Positions 1 through 8,554 of a DNA stretch of 64,000 nt are shown piece by piece. Each line of letters starts with the position of its first letter. Within the stretch, counting starts at the first letter, position 1. Position numbers and translations under genes: made by a program. The notes below the pieces were generated by a model that worked only from the letters and a program-made list of their open reading frames with translations, made no database searches and had not been told where the DNA came from. The stretch covers positions 67,680-131,679 of the forward strand of contig JAYTSD010000001.1 in NCBI GenBank assembly GCA_043745805.1, written 5' to 3'. This DNA comes from Fibrobacteria bacterium. GTDB taxonomy: Bacteria; Fibrobacterota; Fibrobacteria; UBA11236.

Positions 1-139
1 AAAAACCGTAACTTCTCTCAATCCAGTAATTTTGCCCAGACCTGAACACTCAACGTAAACACCATTTTGGGCTATATTTAAAGCACGGACAAGGATTTCT
101 TTGATTGTCTTCCAAACTTAGGGCTATGGATAAAATATT

Positions 140-1261
140 TTGAGCACAAACTTTGCAAAATTACCTCCTAAGGGGGCATTGGTCGCTGTGGCGATGAGTG
201 GAGGCGTTGATTCTTCGGCGGCTGCTTTATTAATTCAAAGAGCCGGATATCAAGCTGTTGGGGTTACTATGAAGTTGTGGAGTCCTCCAGTAACAGCATG
301 TAGCACTGATAGTGCTGACAAAACCTGTTGCACGGTGGATAGTGCCATGGATGCGAAACGGGTTTGTGATCAAATTGGCATTCCGCATTTTACTTTGGAT
401 ATGCAGGACGATTTTGAAGCGCGCGTGATTCAGCCTTTTTATGAAGCGTATTTGCAAGGTGAAACGCCTAATCCCTGTGTGAATTGTAATAGTTTTGTAA
501 AATGGGATGCGCTGTGGAAACGCGCAAAATCCGTGGGCGCGGAGTATTTGGCCACCGGTCATTATGCCACGGTTTTACATGAAGGCGAAAGAGCTTTTAT
601 TGAACGCGGTTCCGATCCCGCCAAGGATCAAAGTTATTTTTTATGGGGTATCCCTCCAGTTACCTTAATGCGCACGCTTTTTCCTTTAGCCGCTTTAACT
701 AAGCCTGAAGTTCGTGCTTTGGCCACCGAAGCTGGTTTGCGCACAGCACAAAAAAGTGAAAGCCAAGATATTTGTTTTATTCCCGATGGTAATTATCGAA
801 CCTTTATTGCGGATCGTGCTAAAGAGCAAGGATTGTCTCCTGAAGCCGGTCGCATATTAGGGCCTGATGGCGAAGACCGCGGCGCCCATTTAGGCTTGCC
901 TTATTATACCATTGGACAACGCAAAGGCATTGGCGTCGCAACAGGCGAACCGGTATTTGTGAAAAAACTCGATCGAGCTACGAACACTTTATTATTAGGT
1001 CGCAAAGATGATTTGTATAGCCAAGGTTTTCATGCCGACCGCTTAAATTTTTTCGGTGATGATTTTGATACTTTGGAATGCCAAGTGCAATATCGTTATC
1101 GCGCACAAACCAAGCAGGGCATTTTAAAAAACCTAGGTGATGGTAAAATTACCGTAACTTTGAAGGAACCCGGCTATTGTGTGTCTCCAGGGCAATCGGC
1201 GGTTTTTTATGATGGCGCAAAACTTTTAGGCGGCGCTCGTATTCGCGAAGTGATTTATTAG
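140..1261 (+). CDS. mnmA: tRNA 2-thiouridine(34) synthase MnmA
   Basis: 373 aa. PP-loop motif AMSGGVDSS near the N-terminus and MnmA-like length and C-terminal region. Apparent TTG start at 140; N-terminus aligns with E. coli MnmA (KKVIVGMSGGVDSS). Confidence 0.85.
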   Translation: MSTNFAKLPPKGALVAVAMSGGVDSSAAALLIQRAGYQAVGVTMKLWSPPVTACSTDSADKTCCTVDSAMDAKRVCDQIGIPHFTLDMQDDFEARVIQPFYEAYLQGETPNPCVNCNSFVKWDALWKRAKSVGAEYLATGHYATVLHEGERAFIERGSDPAKDQSYFLWGIPPVTLMRTLFPLAALTKPEVRALATEAGLRTAQKSESQDICFIPDGNYRTFIADRAKEQGLSPEAGRILGPDGEDRGAHLGLPYYTIGQRKGIGVATGEPVFVKKLDRATNTLLLGRKDDLYSQGFHADRLNFFGDDFDTLECQVQYRYRAQTKQGILKNLGDGKITVTLKEPGYCVSPGQSAVFYDGAKLLGGARIREVIY

Positions 1262-1291
1262 GAGGCTCTGAGCTTGTCGAAATGACAGTTC

Positions 1292-2554
1292 TTATAAGGT
1301 CTCTTTAATTTTCATCTCCAAAAAATTCATTTCTGTTTTGGACGCGGTCATTTGCTGTGCTTGACTAAAGTATTTACGCGCTTCCGTCCTTTCACCATTT
1401 TGTAAATACAATTCGCCTAAAGTCGCATAAAGCAGATAATAATTTTTTAATCGATCATCTTCGCGTAAGTCGAGTAATTGACAAATCGCTTTTTGTGGAC
1501 TTTCCATTTGTGAAAGAATTATGGCTCGGTTTAGTTTTATCACCGGATTATTTTTCATTTCCCCCAAAACTTCATATAAAGAATCTATGCGGCTCCAATT
1601 CGTAGAAGCAAAATCTTTGGCCGTGCAATGTTCAGCGGCGATGGACGCTTCAACATGGTATTCCGATAAGAGATTGCCTTGGGCGGACGAGGTTAAAAAA
1701 ACCAATCCTTGAAGAATTAATTTTTGATTCCACTGCGAACGATTTTGTTGCGAAAAAATAATCAAAGCGCCTTTATCATCGATACGACTTTCAAAACGCG
1801 CCACATGAAAACACATTAATGCCATCAAGGCCTTGGCCTCCATTTGTTCGGGGAAATGTTCTATGAGTAACATGCAAAGTCGCATAGCTTCGGCGCATAA
1901 ATCTTTGCGGATTAGAAAATCGGGATGCGAAGAATTATACCCTTCATTAAAAAGCAAATAAATGCACATATAAGCGCTTTGCAAACGGCTTTCCAAAGCT
2001 TCGCCCTCGGGAATTTCCAAAGGCAAATTTTTTTGCCGAAACTCTTCTTTAGCGCGATAAAGTCTTTTTTGAATGGTAGCTTCTTGCGTGAATAAAGCAT
2101 TGGCGATTTCTTGAGCATTAAAGCCGCAAAGAATTTTTAAAGTAATAGCGATTTGCGATTCTATAGGAAGTAATGGATGACAGCACACAAAAATCATACG
2201 TAACATAGAATCTTTGACTTGCGACTCCTGGAAATTATTTTCTAATTCCGCATCATTTAATAATTCCGGTAAAATATCCAAAGCATGTAAATCGGGAATT
2301 TTTTCTCGCTTGATAAAATTCAAAAGCTTTCGTTTTGCCACGGTTAAAACCCAAGCGCTGGGATTTTCGGGGACTTTGTCGAAGCTCCATTGTTGCAGGG
2401 CTGCAATTAAGGTTTCTTGCACCATATCTTCGGCTAAAGCCAAATTTTTAATGCCGAATATTTTTGTGAGTAGGGATACAATTCGTCCCGCCTCATGGCG
2501 AAAAAAATGATCCATCCAGCCATCTATTGATGCGGTGGATGGACCTTGGTCCAT
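1292..2554 (-). CDS. ECF-type RNA polymerase sigma-70 factor with long C-terminal (TPR-like/DUF6596-type) extension
   Basis: 420 aa. N-terminal sigma-70 region 2/4-like segments (EDMVQETLIAALQQW... ; ...QEIANALFTQEATIQKRLYRAKEEF) followed by a ~230-aa C-terminal extension. Immediately downstream of, and abutting, a YciI-like gene, which is the classic pairing for this sigma-factor class. Confidence 0.7.
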   Translation of the reverse strand: MDQGPSTASIDGWMDHFFRHEAGRIVSLLTKIFGIKNLALAEDMVQETLIAALQQWSFDKVPENPSAWVLTVAKRKLLNFIKREKIPDLHALDILPELLNDAELENNFQESQVKDSMLRMIFVCCHPLLPIESQIAITLKILCGFNAQEIANALFTQEATIQKRLYRAKEEFRQKNLPLEIPEGEALESRLQSAYMCIYLLFNEGYNSSHPDFLIRKDLCAEAMRLCMLLIEHFPEQMEAKALMALMCFHVARFESRIDDKGALIIFSQQNRSQWNQKLILQGLVFLTSSAQGNLLSEYHVEASIAAEHCTAKDFASTNWSRIDSLYEVLGEMKNNPVIKLNRAIILSQMESPQKAICQLLDLREDDRLKNYYLLYATLGELYLQNGERTEARKYFSQAQQMTASKTEMNFLEMKIKETL

Positions 2555-2890
2555 TTACATTTTTCCAATACGGCGAACAATAATTTCGCAATGATTGATC
2601 AAAGGGCAGTCTTTAGCTAAGGCCACCGCTTCCTCATAATCTTTCGCTTTGATAAGTACATAGCCGCCAATAATTTCTTTACCTTCCAAGAAAGGACCAT
2701 CGGTTAATACGGTACTTTTATTTTTGAGGTAACGTCCAGTGCCTGGTTCAAGCGGTGCGCCACCTTTGTAACGCCCTTCGGCGGTCATTTTTTCCATCCA
2801 AGGCATATAGGCCATCATACGTTTTTGCATATCTTCGGGAGAAACATTGGCATAATCGCCGGTGCTGATGATTAACATAAATTCGTCCAT
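2555..2890 (-). CDS. YciI-like protein
   Basis: 111 aa with YciI-family hallmarks (GGAPLEP...GGYVLIKAKDYEEAVALAKDCP). Its stop abuts the start of the ECF sigma gene, so the two look co-transcribed. Confidence 0.7.
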   Translation of the reverse strand: MDEFMLIISTGDYANVSPEDMQKRMMAYMPWMEKMTAEGRYKGGAPLEPGTGRYLKNKSTVLTDGPFLEGKEIIGGYVLIKAKDYEEAVALAKDCPLINHCEIIVRRIGKM

Positions 2891-3121
2891 GAGATTTCCT
2901 TTTTAAAGAAGTTAATTAAACGAGTGATCTTTAAGATTAGATCCTTTACTCAACTGTATGACAATCGAAAAGAACTAAATAGGACAAACTTTTAAAAATA
3001 TTTTTTGTAGGGGGGCGGTGCGCATCGACAAGCTCTGCGTCCGTGAGTATTTTTATTTATTGTGATCATAGCGATTGTCGATGAGTACGTAGATGCCAGG
3101 GTCACTCGATAGGTTTTCCGG

Positions 3122-3574
3122 TCACTGAGCTTGCCGAATTGACTCCGATTCTGTTTTTTGTTTCAACGCTTGGTATTCTAGACTTTGTTTAACCGCAGCG
3201 GCAATTTTTTTTTCGCGTTGTTTCTCTTGAGTTAAGCAAACTTTGCCTCTGGCGCTGGCGATATAGGCGTTTTCAATTTTTTGTTCTAGGGTATACTTCC
3301 TTTGTAGTAACTCCTGAATAGCCGTATCATTAGGGTTAACGTCTTTAAGTTTTGCCTCCAAAAGGGCTTGGTCAAGAGAAGCGAGATCTTTTTCATTAAG
3401 TCTAGCTACTTTTAAAAACTCCTGTTTTTCTTGACGACAAATGCGCAAGTTTTTTTGATCAGTAGGGGTTAATACTTTTACTGTTAAAGCTCTTTGCAAA
3501 GAATCCAGTCTGATTCTAGCAGGAATTGTTTCTTGGCTAAATTGGCTGAAGGATGGGGCGCTGAATAAACTTAA
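3122..3574 (-). CDS. secreted coiled-coil protein of unknown function (LTxxQ-like motifs)
   Basis: The ORF track gives 3122..3694. An internal Met (MLKITLFFVLLSLFSAPSFSQ) provides a classical signal peptide, so I prefer the start at 3574. The rest is charged coiled coil with LTPTDQ / LTQEKQ motifs. Confidence 0.45.
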   Translation of the reverse strand, partial: LSLFSAPSFSQFSQETIPARIRLDSLQRALTVKVLTPTDQKNLRICRQEKQEFLKVARLNEKDLASLDQALLEAKLKDVNPNDTAIQELLQRKYTLEQKIENAYIASARGKVCLTQEKQREKKIAAAVKQSLEYQALKQKTESESIRQAQ

Positions 3575-3681
3575 TAGGACGAAAAATAAGGTAATTTTTA
3601 ACATGCGTTCAAAAATAACAAAAAACAGCGCGTAACATATTCTCAGGAAATACGACTTAGCTGGGGTAGAACTGGAGCCGG

Positions 3682-4461
3682 TTGCCAATGACAAAGTCGA
3701 TAAAACTTATACTTCCATTCATCGCTCTTTTATTCGCAATGCCTCGGTCTTTACTCGCTATTGAAACTTCAATACTTAATTCAAAAATGGAAAGTGGTTT
3801 TGCGATAGTGGAGCTTTTTACCTCCGAAGGTTGTTCGAGTTGTCCACCTGCCGACCGTTTACTTTCCGATTTAGCCGAAGAGGCCTCGCGCAAAGGCAAA
3901 CCTATTTATGCCTTATCCTTTCATGTGGATTATTGGAATTATTTGGGCTGGAAAGATCCCTTCGGCCGCAAAGAATTTTCTCTAAGACAAGAAAAATATG
4001 CCCAAGCAATGGCAGGCCGCATTTATACTCCCCAAATGATTATTAATGGGAAAGAAGAATTTACGGGTTCTGATGCCGATAAAGCTAATAGCATCATTGC
4101 CTCCCAGTTAGCGCAGAAAAACCCAGTAGCTATTAATTTAGAAGTTCAACTTGCGCAGGGAAAACATAGCGTAACCATAAAGTATCGTATCGCAGGTAAT
4201 ACTTCTGGGATTTTGATCAATTTGGCATTGGTTGAAAAGGGCTTAAGCATCTCGGTAAAAAATGGAGAAAATGGAGGGCGTATTTTACATCATGATAATG
4301 TTGTCCGCTCCTTTAAAACCTTTAAACTGGAAGCGGCAACCGGACAAGCTGAACTCGAAATTCCAGAGGGTGTAAAATTGGAAAACGCTTCATTAATCGT
4401 ATATACACAAGAAACGCAATCATTGTCTGTGGTGGCCGCTACACGTATCGGTTTACATTGA
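3682..4461 (+). CDS. DUF1223 family thioredoxin-like secreted protein
   Basis: 259 aa with a signal peptide and a CSSCPPAD CxxC motif after a beta-strand (ELFTSEGCSSCPPADRLL), plus the HVDYWNYLGWKDPF segment typical of DUF1223. Confidence 0.6.
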   Translation: MPMTKSIKLILPFIALLFAMPRSLLAIETSILNSKMESGFAIVELFTSEGCSSCPPADRLLSDLAEEASRKGKPIYALSFHVDYWNYLGWKDPFGRKEFSLRQEKYAQAMAGRIYTPQMIINGKEEFTGSDADKANSIIASQLAQKNPVAINLEVQLAQGKHSVTIKYRIAGNTSGILINLALVEKGLSISVKNGENGGRILHHDNVVRSFKTFKLEAATGQAELEIPEGVKLENASLIVYTQETQSLSVVAATRIGLH

Positions 4462-4634
4462 ATTAACCATAGTTTTCGCGGTTTATTATTTACCCAACAA
4501 CTTCTCCCAAACGCTGATTTTTTTTCGCTAGCCATTAATCGAGAGGTTACCAGTTATTACCTTTTTAGGGATAATTAGTTGTCCAGCTAATTAGGTAAAC
4601 TGAAAACATCAATCAAAGAAATAAGAGGCTTCGC

Positions 4635-5456
4635 ATGAAAAAACTTCTCGCCTTCTTAATAGTAACTTACGCTATTCCGGTACTTGCAGTGCATTCTTAT
4701 TTCACTTTCAAGGGCGTGATTGGGATCGTTACGGGTAATGACAGTGCTTCCTATGTTTATGCCCAGAATATTCATGTTAACGATTCGGTTACCTATATTA
4801 TGGCCATTGATACGACTTTGGCACCGGCTATTGATAGAAAAGGATTCGCGAGAATTACTTCTACTAAAACACCTGTACCTGGAGTCGCTGCTTTTTTTGA
4901 CTCTTTAGCTTCAATTCCTAAATTTGTTAAAGGCAAAGGGGATTCCTCTATCTTGTACGATTGTATTCGCGCCTCGGCGCCACCTACTGGCTTTGCATTC
5001 ACCTTACAAACTATATATACCGGCATTGATACCAACATCAACGTACAACTTTCATTTCCTGGATCTTCATGGTTACCTTCCTTAGGCGCCCAGGGAACGG
5101 GAGCAGAAATTATGGCTACCAAAGTAAATGGGGTGAATCATACGGCGACTATTTACAGTCAAATGAAATTAGTTGCGATTAGCAATACACCGCCCACTGC
5201 AGGGATTCAAAACCAAACTGTAAATAAATTGTCCCCCGCTTGGGCCGATGCACAGTTGGTCGGAAATACTTTGAATATAAAGAATTATTCTCAAAGTTCA
5301 GCCGAAATACGTATCCTGAATGTTACGGGTAAAACTTTGCGCTTGCAAAAAATAAAAGCTTTGGAAGCATTAGTTTTGTCCGAGTTACCCAAAGGGGTAT
5401 TTTATTTGCGCCTTTCCGGTGAAGGCTCAATTTTGCAACAATCCTTTAGGCATTGA
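4635..5456 (+). CDS. secreted protein with probable T9SS C-terminal sorting domain
   Basis: 273 aa with a signal peptide. The C-terminal ~70 aa (LNIKNYSQSSAEIRILNVTGKTL...LPKGVFYLRL) resemble a Por/T9SS CTD. Confidence 0.5.
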   Translation: MKKLLAFLIVTYAIPVLAVHSYFTFKGVIGIVTGNDSASYVYAQNIHVNDSVTYIMAIDTTLAPAIDRKGFARITSTKTPVPGVAAFFDSLASIPKFVKGKGDSSILYDCIRASAPPTGFAFTLQTIYTGIDTNINVQLSFPGSSWLPSLGAQGTGAEIMATKVNGVNHTATIYSQMKLVAISNTPPTAGIQNQTVNKLSPAWADAQLVGNTLNIKNYSQSSAEIRILNVTGKTLRLQKIKALEALVLSELPKGVFYLRLSGEGSILQQSFRH

Positions 5457-5613
5457 TCTGTAATCGCAAGTGTCTTGTCTTGGCAGCTCTTGTCAAGGGA
5501 GAGCATGAGTTTGTAATAACCTTCGACGCAGATTTAGAAAATTTATTTTTACATACCCCAGATTTACATAGAAGTAATTAGCTTTTTCTCACGTTCAAAT
5601 TAAAGGGAAATTC

Positions 5614-6288
5614 ATGAAAAACCAAAATATTGTTTTAATTAGTGTCATCAGCTTGAGCTTAGGTTTAAGTTTTGCGGAAAGCAAATATGGCGCGAGCCTT
5701 AAGTCGGCAGCTACTTCCGCAGGCGCTTCTGTTGAAGCAACCAAGAAAAAGGCAGAAGATTCTGCAAAAATGGTGGCGGAGTCAGCTGCCAAAAAAACTT
5801 CAGATTCTTTGAAGACCGTTGCGGCAACTGCTGAAATGAATGCCAAAAGAATCGCAGACTCTTTAAAAGCAATAGTTTTAAAAACCCATAAAGATTCAAC
5901 CAAAAAAGTTACTCCGGCCCCAACATCTGCGCCTGTTGAAAATACCAAGGTGGAAACCACCGCTCCAGCCCCTGTCGCCAAAGCTAGCGCTTCTGCAAAA
6001 ATTGCTTTTGGAACCTCGGTGGAAGATAAAGAAATCCAAGGGGAAGCTACTGAATTTGCAGCGGGCACCGTAAGTACTTGGAGCCGTTTAGCTTTAGGCG
6101 CTGGTGCGGTTAAAGTGAAGCATGTTTGGTATAAAGAAGGTAAAATGGTTAAAGAAATTGCCATGACTAGTAAATCCGGTACGGGTCGGGTTTGGAGTAA
6201 CGCTACGGTTACTGCTGGTAAATGGAAAGTGGAAGTCGTTTCTGAAGCAGGTGACATTGTTGCTTCTGGCGAATTTACTGTAAAGTAA
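5614..6288 (+). CDS. secreted Ala/Lys-rich protein with C-terminal beta domain, unknown function
   Basis: 224 aa with a signal peptide, a low-complexity A/K/S-rich middle and a conserved-looking C-terminal ~90 aa (WYKEGKMVKEIAMTSKSGTGRVWSNATVTAGKWKVEVVSEAGDIVASGEFTV). Confidence 0.45.
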   Translation: MKNQNIVLISVISLSLGLSFAESKYGASLKSAATSAGASVEATKKKAEDSAKMVAESAAKKTSDSLKTVAATAEMNAKRIADSLKAIVLKTHKDSTKKVTPAPTSAPVENTKVETTAPAPVAKASASAKIAFGTSVEDKEIQGEATEFAAGTVSTWSRLALGAGAVKVKHVWYKEGKMVKEIAMTSKSGTGRVWSNATVTAGKWKVEVVSEAGDIVASGEFTVK

Positions 6289-6336
6289 TCGAAATATTCT
6301 TCAATATTAAATTGAGGGAGATTTTATGTATTAAAA

Positions 6337-6370
6337 ATCCGAAGTGAACAAAAACAGCTTCGGATTTTTT
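6337..6370. terminator. rho-independent terminator (bidirectional)
   Basis: Hairpin atccgaag...cttcggat followed by a T-run. It sits between the convergent 5614..6288 gene and cheB. Confidence 0.6.
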
Positions 6371-7526
6371 ATGCATGTTTTAAAGCTGGGCTTTTATTTT
6401 TTTCTTTTCTTGATGCGGCCAGCTGTAAAATTTTCCTGGAAATTTGTTGAAGCGGTAATATATGATTTGCGGCTCCAAGAACAATTGCTTCTTTAGGCAT
6501 TCCAAAAACTATCGAAGACGCTTCATCTTGTGCAATTGTAGCTGCTCCGGTACGCTGCATTTGCAATAACCCTTGTGCACCATCTTTACCCATTCCTGTA
6601 AGTAAAACTCCAATTGCGGTGTGAGCTGCATACTTTGCAACGGATTGAAATAATTCATCGACGGAAGGCCTATGTCCATTTACTAAAGGACCAGATCCAA
6701 TATGAACACGATAATTAGGACCCGAACGATAAACTTTCATATGATAACTTCCGGGGGCTATTAAGGCGCGACCAGGGACTACAAAGTCTCCATCGGCAGC
6801 TTCCTTGACTTCAATATTGCACAAATTATTTAGGCGTTCCGCAAAGGATCGAGTAAAATGTTGCGGCATATGTTGCACAACTAATAGTCCTGGAGTATTG
6901 GTAGGTAAGGTGGTTAATAAACTTTCAATCGCCTGAGTTCCTCCTGTGGAAGCTCCAATGGCAATCATGGAAGCAGAGTTTGCGGAAGAGGAAAAATTAT
7001 GATTCTCAGAACAGGGAGTTTGGGCGTTTTTTTCTTTAATAAAAAACTTAACCTGCGCAGCTGATTTTATTTTTTCCCGCAATTCAAAAATCATTTCCTG
7101 TTTTGAATAGGATAAATGGGGTTTGCATAATACTTCTACGGCCCCTATATCCATTGCTTTTAAGGCAGTTTCACCACCAAGCCGACTTAGAGAAGAAACA
7201 ATAATAACTGGAAGAGGGTAATGTTGCATTAGGCATTGTAAAAAATTTAAGCCATTCATACGCGGCATTTCTATATCTAAAGTAAGAACATCGGGTTTGA
7301 GCTTTAAAATCAATTCCCTAGCAATAAAGGGATTCGACGCTACACCAACTACTTCAATATCTGGATCAAGGGCTAATTGTGAAGAGAATACTTCCTGAAT
7401 AATTGGAGAATCGTCGATGATTAAAACTCGAATAAGTTTGTGATTAGTGGGATTCGATTTTAAAAAAGTCTTTTGCACAGAGCTATACAAGGCAAATGCC
7501 ATGCCATGATTTAAAAAAAAGCACAA
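6369..7526 (-). CDS. cheB: chemotaxis response regulator protein-glutamate methylesterase CheB (orphan copy)
   Basis: An N-terminal REC domain (LIRVLIIDDSPIIQEV...DIEMPRMNGL) followed by a CheB methylesterase domain (GASTGGTQAIE...GMGKDGAQGL...VFGMPKEAI). The true start is probably an internal Met (MAFALYS...). Confidence 0.8.
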   Translation of the reverse strand: MCFFLNHGMAFALYSSVQKTFLKSNPTNHKLIRVLIIDDSPIIQEVFSSQLALDPDIEVVGVASNPFIARELILKLKPDVLTLDIEMPRMNGLNFLQCLMQHYPLPVIIVSSLSRLGGETALKAMDIGAVEVLCKPHLSYSKQEMIFELREKIKSAAQVKFFIKEKNAQTPCSENHNFSSSANSASMIAIGASTGGTQAIESLLTTLPTNTPGLLVVQHMPQHFTRSFAERLNNLCNIEVKEAADGDFVVPGRALIAPGSYHMKVYRSGPNYRVHIGSGPLVNGHRPSVDELFQSVAKYAAHTAIGVLLTGMGKDGAQGLLQMQRTGAATIAQDEASSIVFGMPKEAIVLGAANHILPLQQISRKILQLAASRKEKNKSPALKHA

Positions 7527-7674
7527 TAGACACTTCTGAAGGTATTTTTGAGGTTACTGTAATGTTTTCGAAAATTAAGGGGTGGCTAAATAATCAACCC
7601 TTTAGGGCTTGATTCTAATAAGTCCAAGCTTTTCGGGTAGTTAAAGAAAAATGTGTTTTAGGCACTGATAAAAA

Positions 7675-8469
7675 TTAGGCAGCCTTTTGATCTGAAACCG
7701 AATCTGCTTTTTCTCTCTTGGAAGTTATTGTATTTAGATTTTTGAGATAATCTTCTATTTGCCGTGGAGATGGGGTTACGTCTACTTTGTTGATTTCGCG
7801 AGAAGAAAATATGACAAGTAAAAAGAAAAGAAAAAGTCCAATTACAATTTGCCCTGTAGTGCGACTTTCTACAGCTACACTTGCGCTCGCTTCATCTTGT
7901 TTATTTCTTTTCATAGCAAGGTTTACTGCAACATCAATTTTATTGCGATGTAACTTGTAAAGGGGCTCTATTTTGTTGTTTAAAATTTGTTCCGCAAGAA
8001 GTTTGTTTCCAGCTTCGATGGCAGGTAAAAATTCTTTTTCCATAATTTCCACTAATTGAAATCCAGGAATATAGGAATCGTTTGTTAGCGAGGTTTTGAG
8101 TTCATCATCGGGTAAAATTTTAACCCAAGTATTATGATTGAGCACGTAATCTACTTTCAATTTTTTCGCTTTGTTGAGTAATGTTTCCGTCTCTTGTATG
8201 TTACTGCTATGCAACAATTCAAAAAGGGTGAGGTAGGTTTCAACAAGGTATTCTGGCGGCGGCAGTATGTCCGCGATAACATCTTTGCCTTGCACAATCC
8301 GTTTATAATGCGGTCCATTCACTCGAACTTCCTGAACGGTGTTGAGGCAATAGAGCCCATAAAGCAAAAAACAAAACAGGTAAATAATGGCCATCAGGGC
8401 TATCTTTGTTGTTGAATGGGATTGGCGTGTGAAAAGTGCCATGCTTACCTCAATGTATGATAGGTTCAA
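7675..8469 (-). CDS. membrane protein with MCP-like periplasmic helical sensor domain but no HAMP/signalling domain
   Basis: 264 aa. One N-terminal TM helix, a ~170-aa helical periplasmic region (ILPPPEYLVETYLTLFELLH...) of the kind found at MCP/HK N-termini, a second TM helix, then only ~45 aa of cytoplasmic tail. Same strand as, and immediately upstream of, the orphan cheB. Confidence 0.45.
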   Translation of the reverse strand: MNLSYIEVSMALFTRQSHSTTKIALMAIIYLFCFLLYGLYCLNTVQEVRVNGPHYKRIVQGKDVIADILPPPEYLVETYLTLFELLHSSNIQETETLLNKAKKLKVDYVLNHNTWVKILPDDELKTSLTNDSYIPGFQLVEIMEKEFLPAIEAGNKLLAEQILNNKIEPLYKLHRNKIDVAVNLAMKRNKQDEASASVAVESRTTGQIVIGLFLFFLLVIFSSREINKVDVTPSPRQIEDYLKNLNTITSKREKADSVSDQKAA

Positions 8470-8554
8470 TTATAACTCTTGAATCGCACAATCGCAAAAT
8501 ATTAAAATCTTAAATTGGAAAAGGCCTTCCTTCATGGACAATCCCTAAAATTCT

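Noticed and set aside
230-562. 110-aa minus-strand ORF inside mnmA, and many similar 60-120-aa antisense ORFs throughout (e.g. 9763..9963, 17234..17473, 30246..30596, 53592..54401)
   Set aside because: Each lies entirely within a well-supported gene on the opposite strand, and none shows a motif or start context. They are treated as spurious.
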